This document shows, piece by piece, positions 26,166 through 32,417 of a stretch of 32,417 bases of DNA. Position numbers and translations under genes: made by a program. The DNA is from a virus. Lineage: Duplodnaviria > Caudoviricetes. The notes beneath the pieces are model-generated. The model ran no database searches. It had not been told where the DNA came from and worked only from the letters and a program-made list of their open reading frames with translations. The stretch covers positions 1 through 32,417 of IMG/VR virus record IMGVR_UViG_3300011338_000142; one strand, written 5' to 3'. How positions within the stretch are numbered: the stretch's first letter is position 1; each line of letters starts with the position of its first letter.

Positions 26166-26171
26166 ATCGTT
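26150..26171 (+). promoter_or_regulatory. Putative late promoter AAC-N15-CGTT
   Basis: AAC 26150-52, CGTT 26168-71; ACAATAAATCGTTT(T/A)AATATTATGAA is shared with the 16971-16996 site. Confidence 0.6.
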
Positions 26172-26179
26172 TAAATATT

Positions 26180-26767
26180 ATGAAAATTATCGAACTCATT
26201 CTAGACCCTAAAGATAAGTTAAGCGGAATTGACGCAGTTTCTGTCGTTCACTCTCCTGCTATTGAAGAGAACTTTATCCATCTAGCAAAACACGAAGTAG
26301 AGTTAAAAGAAATTGACGCAGAGAAACGCATCTTAATGGGTGCTGCTTTAGTTCCAAACAAACACATCTACAGACGAGATAAAAAGAACGAAGAGTATTA
26401 CATCTACTTTTCAGAGGACACGGTGCGTCAAGCATCAGAGTTATTTTTAATGAACTCAAACCAAAACAACGCAACCTACGAACACGAGAAAAAGTTGGAA
26501 GGAATGTCAGTTGTAGAAAGTTGGATCATTGAAGATTCTAAACTAGACAAGTCAGCTAAATACGGATTTGATTTACCAAAAGGAACTTGGATGATTTCAA
26601 TGAAGGTAAATAACGAGCAAGTTTGGAGTGACGTTAAAGCTGGTAAAGTAAAAGGCTTTAGCATTGAAGGTTACTTCGCTGACAAGTTAGAAATGTCTCA
26701 ACTGACTGAAGAGGATTTATTAATCGAAAAAATCAAACAAATAATCATAGAAGATGAGCAAAACTAA
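26180..26767 (+). CDS. Prohead serine protease (XkdF-like)
   Basis: KRILMGAALVP, TYEH, GTWMISMKV...W..VK.GKVKGFSIEG. Confidence 0.75.
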   Translation: MKIIELILDPKDKLSGIDAVSVVHSPAIEENFIHLAKHEVELKEIDAEKRILMGAALVPNKHIYRRDKKNEEYYIYFSEDTVRQASELFLMNSNQNNATYEHEKKLEGMSVVESWIIEDSKLDKSAKYGFDLPKGTWMISMKVNNEQVWSDVKAGKVKGFSIEGYFADKLEMSQLTEEDLLIEKIKQIIIEDEQN

Positions 26768-26951
26768 AACACCAAGTTATTCTAGTCCAAAAGGTGGACG
26801 CAGAGGATGTCTATGCGAAAACGGAAAATACTCCTCAAAATGTTGTGATGGTAGCCTACAAGCACAAGGCATAGGAGCGACTACAGGCACTGAATCAGTT
26901 TCGGTAACAATCAGTTCAGGAATAACTACAATAGTTCGTCAGAACGGATAA
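26754..26951 (+). CDS. Small Cys-rich protein
   Basis: SPKGGRRGCLCENGKYSSKCCDGSLQAQGIG. Confidence 0.65.
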   Translation: MSKTKTPSYSSPKGGRRGCLCENGKYSSKCCDGSLQAQGIGATTGTESVSVTISSGITTIVRQNG

Positions 26952-26957
26952 AAATAC

Positions 26958-26980
26958 AACAGAGATATAATTAACACGTT
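26958..26980 (+). promoter_or_regulatory. Putative late promoter AAC-N16-CGTT
   Basis: AAC 26958-60, CGTT 26977-80, upstream of the head genes. Confidence 0.6.
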
Positions 26981-26997
26981 TTATAAAAAAAAGAACA

Positions 26998-27360
26998 ATG
27001 GGATTAAACGAAGTATTTAAGAAAGTATCAGCAATCAATGAGGTTACTGAGTTAGAATCACATAAAATTGAGTTAGGCTTAATTGAAGAATATAATAGTT
27101 CAAAATTAAATGCTACAACACTAACTAATGAAGTTTTACAAAAAGACTACCCAAGACTAGTTAATGAGATAAATGCTTTAAAAGATAAAATTAGAAAATC
27201 TATTAATTTGGTTACTGACTTATCTAATAAAAATTCTAGTCTTGATATGAAATTTAAAGAATTAGGATTAGACTGGAGAAAAGATTCAAACTATAAAGGA
27301 TTTAACGAACTTGTAAAAAACGAGAAAACGTTAATGGATATATTAAACAAGTTTAAATAA
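26998..27360 (+). CDS. Helical hypothetical protein (possible internal head protein)
   Basis: 120 aa between the protease and scaffold genes. Confidence 0.6.
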   Translation: MGLNEVFKKVSAINEVTELESHKIELGLIEEYNSSKLNATTLTNEVLQKDYPRLVNEINALKDKIRKSINLVTDLSNKNSSLDMKFKELGLDWRKDSNYKGFNELVKNEKTLMDILNKFK

Positions 27361-27369
27361 AAACGAAAA

Positions 27370-27957
27370 ATGAAAAATAGCACAATTAACAAAATCAAAG
27401 CACTTCTTGGAATGGATGTAGCTTTAGAGATGATGAAGTTAGCAGACGGACAAACTGTTCTTGAAGCAGACGCATTTGAAATGGATAACGAAGTTTTTGT
27501 TATTACAGAAGACGAGCAAAAGATTCCATTACCTGTAGGCGAATACGAACTAGAAAACGGAATGATCCTAGTAGTAGAAGTTGAAGGTATCATCAAAGAA
27601 GTTAAAGAAGCGGTTGTTGAAGAAGAAGTTGCACCTGAAGAACAAGCAACTCCAGAAGTACCTGTTGAAGCAGAAGCAGAAGTTGCACCACAAGCAAAAA
27701 AGACAGTTGAGTCTATCGTTAAAGAAACTTTTTTCTCAGAAATCGAAGCATTGAAAACAGAAAATATTGAATTGAAAGCTAAATTGGAATTGCTTTCTAA
27801 AGTTGACGAAGTTACAGAAGAGGTAACCGAACTTTCAGAAGAGCCTAAACCTATTATGCACAATCCTGAAAACACGAATCCAGTTGAAACATTCAAGTTT
27901 GCTAAAAACAGAGAGCGTAACACACTTGATTCAATCTTAGAAAAATTTAACAAATAA
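27370..27957 (+). CDS. Putative capsid scaffolding protein
   Basis: Very acidic, coiled-coil C-terminal half, immediately before the capsid gene. Confidence 0.6.
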   Translation: MKNSTINKIKALLGMDVALEMMKLADGQTVLEADAFEMDNEVFVITEDEQKIPLPVGEYELENGMILVVEVEGIIKEVKEAVVEEEVAPEEQATPEVPVEAEAEVAPQAKKTVESIVKETFFSEIEALKTENIELKAKLELLSKVDEVTEEVTELSEEPKPIMHNPENTNPVETFKFAKNRERNTLDSILEKFNK

Positions 27958-27983
27958 TATTAACTAATTAAAATTTAAACAAA

Positions 27984-28955
27984 ATGAGTTTACAAAAAAC
28001 AAACCTTGCTACGACGACTTCGATAAGTACAACGTATGCGGGAGAATTTGCGGGTCGTTACATCGCTGCTGCGTTGTTATCTGCACCAACATTAGACAAA
28101 GGTGGAATCACTATCGTTCCTAATGTTAAATACAAACAAGTTATCAAAAGAGTTGCAACTGACGGAATCGTTAAAGATGCTACTTGTGATTTTGATGCTA
28201 CATCTACAATTACTTTAACTGAGAAAATCCTACAACCTGAGGAGTTCCAAGTGAACTTACAATTGTGTAAAAAAGATTTCGTTTCTGATTGGGAAGCAAT
28301 TTCTATGGGTTACTCAGCATTTGAAGTAATGCCGAAAAACTTTACAGACTTCTTATTGGCACACGCTGCTGAGAAAGTTGCTGCTGCAATGGAGACATCT
28401 ATCTGGACAGGAGTTAACGCAACTGCAGGTCAGTTCGCAGGCATCATGACACAATTAACTACAGATGCTGCTTTACCATCTGCACAAGAAGTTGCAGGTA
28501 CTACAGTTACTGCTGCCAATGTTGTTGCTGAGTTAGGTAAAATCGTTGATGCTTGTCCTGCTGCTATCTACGGAAAAGAAGACTTGAACTTGTACGTGTC
28601 TAACAACATCTACCGTGCTTATGTACGTGCTTTGGGTGGTTATGCTGCTGCAGGAGTAGGTGCTAACGGATATGACAACAAAGGAACAAACCAAGTATTA
28701 GGTGACTTGTTCTTTGATGGTGTTCGTGTATTCATGGCTAACGGATTAGCTGCTAACACTGCGTTGTTAACTCAAAAATCTAACTTGTACTTTGCGACAG
28801 GATTATTGAACGATATGAACGAAGTTCGTGTGATTGACATGGCAGAAAATGACGGATCTCAGAACGTCCGAGTAGTAATGAGATTTACCGCAGATGCTAA
28901 ATACGGATTTGCTTCTGACGTAGTTACTTACGGAATCACAAACTCTGCTAACTAA
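27984..28955 (+). CDS. Major capsid protein
   Basis: 323 aa with strongly biased codons; TTYAGEFAG...LQPEEFQVNLQLCK...DGSQNVRVVMRFTA; followed by a terminator. Confidence 0.8.
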   Translation: MSLQKTNLATTTSISTTYAGEFAGRYIAAALLSAPTLDKGGITIVPNVKYKQVIKRVATDGIVKDATCDFDATSTITLTEKILQPEEFQVNLQLCKKDFVSDWEAISMGYSAFEVMPKNFTDFLLAHAAEKVAAAMETSIWTGVNATAGQFAGIMTQLTTDAALPSAQEVAGTTVTAANVVAELGKIVDACPAAIYGKEDLNLYVSNNIYRAYVRALGGYAAAGVGANGYDNKGTNQVLGDLFFDGVRVFMANGLAANTALLTQKSNLYFATGLLNDMNEVRVIDMAENDGSQNVRVVMRFTADAKYGFASDVVTYGITNSAN

Positions 28956-28975
28956 TCTTAACAGACAAATAATTT

Positions 28976-29005
28976 AAAGGGGAGGTCAAATGCCTTCCCT
29001 TTTTT
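28976..29005 (+). terminator. Rho-independent terminator after the capsid gene
   Basis: AAAGGGGAGGT-CAAAT-GCCTTCCCTTT plus T tract. Confidence 0.8.
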
Positions 29006-29031
29006 GTTTCACTTAAAAAAATATACAGAAA

Positions 29032-29601
29032 ATGTGCGAAATAACAACAGGTAGACTCGAAGTATGCAAAGATGTTGTAGGTGGTATTGACGCTATCTAC
29101 TTCATCAACTACGGAGATTATAGCTTTCCAGCAGATGTAGCTTACGTTACATCAACAGACACGATTGATACTATTGCTAACGTGACATCATTGTACAAAT
29201 ACCAATTAAAAGGTACTAATACATTTGACCAAGTAATCACAACTTCACGTGAAAACGGAACTTCATTCGTAGAACAAACTTTGTCAGTAGTTCTTAAAAA
29301 ACAAGACGCTGCTACACATAAGACAGTTAAATTATTATCTTACGGACGTCCTAACGTCGTAGTAAAAACTAGAAACAATCAGTTCTTTCTTGCAGGTTTA
29401 GAGCATGGTATGGAATTAACTACTGCTAATGTGTCTAACGGAACTGCAATGGGTGACTTAGTAGGTTACACTTTGACATTCGTAGGTACTGAGAAACTTC
29501 TTGCCAATCTAATTGACGCAACTGCTGAAACAGGTGCAACGGGACTAGTAGGAACAAGTACTTCTGTATTCGGAGCGACAACAACTATTGTAAACTCATA
29601 G
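29032..29601 (+). CDS. Major tail (tube) protein
   Basis: CKDVVGGIDAIYF...SRENGTSFVEQTL...GYTLTFVGTE; beta-rich, biased codons. Confidence 0.65.
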   Translation: MCEITTGRLEVCKDVVGGIDAIYFINYGDYSFPADVAYVTSTDTIDTIANVTSLYKYQLKGTNTFDQVITTSRENGTSFVEQTLSVVLKKQDAATHKTVKLLSYGRPNVVVKTRNNQFFLAGLEHGMELTTANVSNGTAMGDLVGYTLTFVGTEKLLANLIDATAETGATGLVGTSTSVFGATTTIVNS

Positions 29602-29622
29602 GTTTATTTTCTCTTAAAATTG

Positions 29623-29650
29623 AAGGGGTGGCTTATGTCATCCCTTTTTT
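29623..29650 (+). terminator. Rho-independent terminator
   Basis: AAGGGGTGGC-TTAT-GTCATCCCTT plus T tract. Confidence 0.8.
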
Positions 29651-29656
29651 ATTTAA

Positions 29657-29679
29657 AACGATTTAATAGTTTTTGCGTT
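29657..29679 (+). promoter_or_regulatory. Putative late promoter AAC-N16-CGTT
   Basis: AAC 29657-59, CGTT 29676-79, just after a terminator and 8 nt before ATG 29688. Confidence 0.6.
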
Positions 29680-29687
29680 CTATTAAT

Positions 29688-30020
29688 ATGATAGTATTAA
29701 CGCCTTCTACATCAGCACAGACCTTTTCGTTTATTCCTCGTTTTGAGAATTACACAACGATGGCAATAACGGACGAACAAACGAATGTAACTACTACAGT
29801 TGCAATCACAAGTTCAACTCAAGGTGGCTATGTAAACACGATTACTGCAACATTTGCACTTGTAGATAATCATACTTACACGCTTTTACTAAGTAACGGT
29901 GCAACTATCTGTCATAAGGATAAAGTTTTCTGTACTGATCAATCAATAGCAACATTCTCCGTAAACAACGGAACTTATACGTCTAATGCAACAACAAACA
30001 CTTTCATAGTTTATGAGTGA
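29688..30020 (+). CDS. Structural hypothetical protein (Thr-rich, beta)
   Basis: Start placed at ATG 29688 (MIVLTP...), downstream of the promoter. Confidence 0.65.
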   Translation: MIVLTPSTSAQTFSFIPRFENYTTMAITDEQTNVTTTVAITSSTQGGYVNTITATFALVDNHTYTLLLSNGATICHKDKVFCTDQSIATFSVNNGTYTSNATTNTFIVYE

Positions 30021-31761
30021 TAACTTACATATACTAAGCCTAAGTGCTTACACAACGCCACAAATCCAAGAATCCAAAAGAGATAACTGGGTGGAATACG
30101 GTTCTGACAATAACTATTATTCATTTTTGATAGATAGATACACGAACTCAACAACAAATTCGGCTATTATTAACAACATAGCACGTTTAATTTACGGAAA
30201 AGGGCTAACTGCATTAGATGCGAATAGAAAGCCTAACGAATACGCTCAAATGATGGCGTTATTCAGCAAGGAAGATATCCGTAAAATTGTTCTAGATAGA
30301 AAGATGTTAGGTCAATTTGCTATCCAAGTACATTACAACGAAAGACACGATAAGATTCTAAAGGCTTATCATATGCCTGTAAACTTACTTCGTGCAGAAA
30401 AATGTAATAAAGACGGAGAAATTGAGGCGTATTATTACTCAGACGATTGGACAGATACAAAGAAATTTGCTCCGAAACGCATTCCAGCTTTTGGATATTC
30501 AAAAGAAAAGGTAGAAATCCTATTCTCGAAGCCTTATTCAGTTGGAATGAAATATTATTCCTATGTTGACTATCAAGGTTCGCTTCCATATGCATTATTA
30601 GAGGAGGAAACAGCAGATTACTTAATAAACGAAGTACAAAACGGATTCTCAGGTACGAAAGTAGTAAACTTCAACAACGGAGTTCCTACTGAAGAACAAC
30701 AGTCAATGATTACTTCTAAAGTAATGAATAAGCTAACAGGTTCACGAGGTCAAAAAGTAATCGTTGCTTTTAACGACAATGCAGAATCTAAAACAACTGT
30801 TGACGATATTCCATTAAACGACGCTCCTGAACACTACACATACTTATCAGAAGAGTGTTTACGTAAGATTATGCTAGGTCATAACGTGACTTCTCCGCTA
30901 TTATTTGGAGTTGCTAGTTCAAACGGATTTAGTTCAAATGCAGAAGAACTTAAAAACTCTGCTATCTTATTTGACAACATGGTTATTCGTCCATTCCAAG
31001 AGGAAATACTAGAGTCATTTGACAAGATTCTAGCTTTTAATGGAATTGCATTGAAACTTTACTTCCGTACATTACAACCTTTGGAGTTTGTAGACCTTGA
31101 GAACGCTCAAAGTACAGAACAAGTAGCAGAAGAAACAGGAGTTGATGGAACTCAGTTAAGTGCATACACAAACGCATTGATTGATTTAGGCGAAGATGTT
31201 AATCCTGATTGGGTATTAATTGACGAAAAACCTGTTGATTACGATACAGACGATTTAGAAAACGAAAACCTAGCAAAAGAAGAAAAGCAAAGCTTATTAA
31301 GTAAGATTGTAAATCTCGTTTCTACAGGTGATGCAAGACCTAACATAACAAGTAAGCAAGATAAAACTATTAATGGCGTTAAATTCGTTGTAAGGTATAA
31401 ATACGAAGGCGAGAAGACAGATAACCAACGTGAGTTCTGTAGAGAAATGATGAAGGCGAATAAAATATATCGCAAAGAAGACATTTTGAATATGGAAAAA
31501 CAAGTAGTAAATAAAGGTTGGGGTCCTAACGGAACTAACTTCTATTCTATTTGGCTTTACAAAGGTGGAGGTAATTGTCACCACAGATGGAATAAGCAAG
31601 TTTACGCTACTTTTGAAGGTACTGCTTTAGATATTCCAAACGCTAAAAAAATCGCACAGGCAAAAGCTGCGAAATTTGGATATGTAGTAACTAATCCACA
31701 ACTTGTTTCAACACGTCCTATTGATATGCCTAATCAAGGATTCTTACCTAAAAACGATTAA
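30013..31761 (+). CDS. Portal protein with C-terminal MuF/gp7-like domain (allele B)
   Basis: WVEYGSDNNY...IYGKGL, NGFSG, LTGSRG, IMLGHNVTSPLLFGV, FDNMVIRPFQ portal motifs; C-terminal REFC...GGGNCHHRW. Confidence 0.8.
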   Translation: MSDNLHILSLSAYTTPQIQESKRDNWVEYGSDNNYYSFLIDRYTNSTTNSAIINNIARLIYGKGLTALDANRKPNEYAQMMALFSKEDIRKIVLDRKMLGQFAIQVHYNERHDKILKAYHMPVNLLRAEKCNKDGEIEAYYYSDDWTDTKKFAPKRIPAFGYSKEKVEILFSKPYSVGMKYYSYVDYQGSLPYALLEEETADYLINEVQNGFSGTKVVNFNNGVPTEEQQSMITSKVMNKLTGSRGQKVIVAFNDNAESKTTVDDIPLNDAPEHYTYLSEECLRKIMLGHNVTSPLLFGVASSNGFSSNAEELKNSAILFDNMVIRPFQEEILESFDKILAFNGIALKLYFRTLQPLEFVDLENAQSTEQVAEETGVDGTQLSAYTNALIDLGEDVNPDWVLIDEKPVDYDTDDLENENLAKEEKQSLLSKIVNLVSTGDARPNITSKQDKTINGVKFVVRYKYEGEKTDNQREFCREMMKANKIYRKEDILNMEKQVVNKGWGPNGTNFYSIWLYKGGGNCHHRWNKQVYATFEGTALDIPNAKKIAQAKAAKFGYVVTNPQLVSTRPIDMPNQGFLPKND

Positions 31762-31763
31762 CA

Positions 31764-32264
31764 ATGGCAGAAGCTTTATTTATTACTAGAGAAGATATCG
31801 TTAAGTACACTGCTTTGAATGGCAATGTAGACACGGACAAATTCCTTTCATTTGTCAAAATATCTCAAGACATTCACATTCAGAATTACTTAGGTTCTAA
31901 ACTATTCCAAAAGATACAAGCGGACATCGTTGCAGGAACTCTTTCAGGTAACTATTTAAACTTGGTGGTTTCATTTGTGAAGCCAATGCTTATCCACTGG
32001 GCAATGGTAGAATATTTACCTTTTGCAGCTTATACGATTGCTAACAAAGGAGTTTATAAACATTCTTCTGAGAACTCTGAAAACGTAGATAAAAACGAAG
32101 TTGATTACTTGTTAGAAAAAGAACGTAGCATTGCTCAAAACTACACGCAAAGATTCATTGATTATATGTCTTTCAATCAGACATTGTTTCCAGAGTATCG
32201 TTCAAACAAGAACAATGATGTATTCCCTGATTCAATGAATAACTATACAGGTTGGTACATATGA
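31764..32264 (+). CDS. Putative head-tail adaptor/connector protein (allele B)
   Basis: Near-identical to 817..1317. Confidence 0.6.
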   Translation: MAEALFITREDIVKYTALNGNVDTDKFLSFVKISQDIHIQNYLGSKLFQKIQADIVAGTLSGNYLNLVVSFVKPMLIHWAMVEYLPFAAYTIANKGVYKHSSENSENVDKNEVDYLLEKERSIAQNYTQRFIDYMSFNQTLFPEYRSNKNNDVFPDSMNNYTGWYI

Positions 32265-32365
32265 AAAAGAGAATTAAACTAGGTGCTTATAAACCTAAAG
32301 AAACTAATGTTGAGAAGCTTCGTGTTTTTCTAGCTAAACTAAACAAACACGAATTATCAAAATGA
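32261..32365 (+). CDS. Small basic hypothetical protein (copy of 1314..1418)
   Basis: Identical protein sequence. Confidence 0.6.
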   Translation: MKKRIKLGAYKPKETNVEKLRVFLAKLNKHELSK

Positions 32366-32417
32366 AAACTAAACTATCTCTCCTAGTTTTTTCGGTGCTT
32401 ACAATTCTTACACCTGT
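32362..32417 (+). CDS. Holin, 5' fragment (copy of the 1415 start)
   Basis: Identical to 1415..1470; cut by the window end. Confidence 0.7.
   Translation, partial: MKTKLSLLVFSVLTILTP

Larger units (their letters stand above)
30975..32417 (+). repeat. Diverged direct repeat of 1..1470, last 127 bp identical to 1344..1470
   Basis: Same gene order; last mismatch at 1343/32290, then identical to the contig end. Confidence 0.92.

Noticed and set aside
27291-27953. Long minus-strand ORF (220 aa) and other minus-strand ORFs such as 25025..25441 and 6652..6963
   Set aside because: Antisense shadows of biased + strand genes (Ser/Phe-rich), with no independent signals.
30975-32417. True terminal repeat or DGR template/variable repeat pair
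   Set aside because: The copies differ at all base types and by indels, no reverse transcriptase is present, and the 127-bp exact end fits an assembly overlap.
1-32417. Lysogeny module, tRNAs or alternative genetic code
   Set aside because: No integrase or repressor motifs and no cloverleaf noticed; genes are intact and tightly packed under the standard code.

Overview
Essentially complete genome (~30.9 kb unit, circularly permuted, plus ~1.47 kb end overlap) of a small tailed dsDNA phage, probably a siphovirus. The host is most likely a Bacteroidota (Flavobacterium-like) bacterium: TAnnTTTG promoters, A-rich start contexts without Shine-Dalgarno sequences, Bacteroidota-type fibre motifs. 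All credible genes are on the + strand. Order: portal C-terminus and adaptor (allele A), lysis cassette (holin, GH108 endolysin, u-spanin-like lipoprotein), metallophosphoesterase, a non-coding dyad/repeat array, early small genes, replication (initiator with iterons, SF4 helicase), C5 methyltransferase, NinG, ERF plus exonuclease, repeat-bounded small genes, SSB-like protein, ECF-like sigma factor, terminase, tail genes, prohead protease, scaffold, major capsid, tail tube, portal and adaptor (allele B). No integrase, repressor, tRNA, CRISPR or reverse transcriptase was recognised. Highlights: (1) a helically phased array of different dyads and direct repeats at 3978-4387; (2) a putative ~60-nt sRNA complementary to the erf start region; (3) a T9 -1 frameshift site followed by ~270 nt that is open in two frames; (4) 24-bp direct repeats bounding single-gene cassettes; (5) an AAC-N16-CGT promoter set matching the phage sigma; (6) a kissing-loop leader before the replication genes; (7) two diverged portal alleles at the contig ends, ending in a 127-bp exact overlap that suggests a strain bubble. 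All protein calls come from motif recognition by eye, not database searches.
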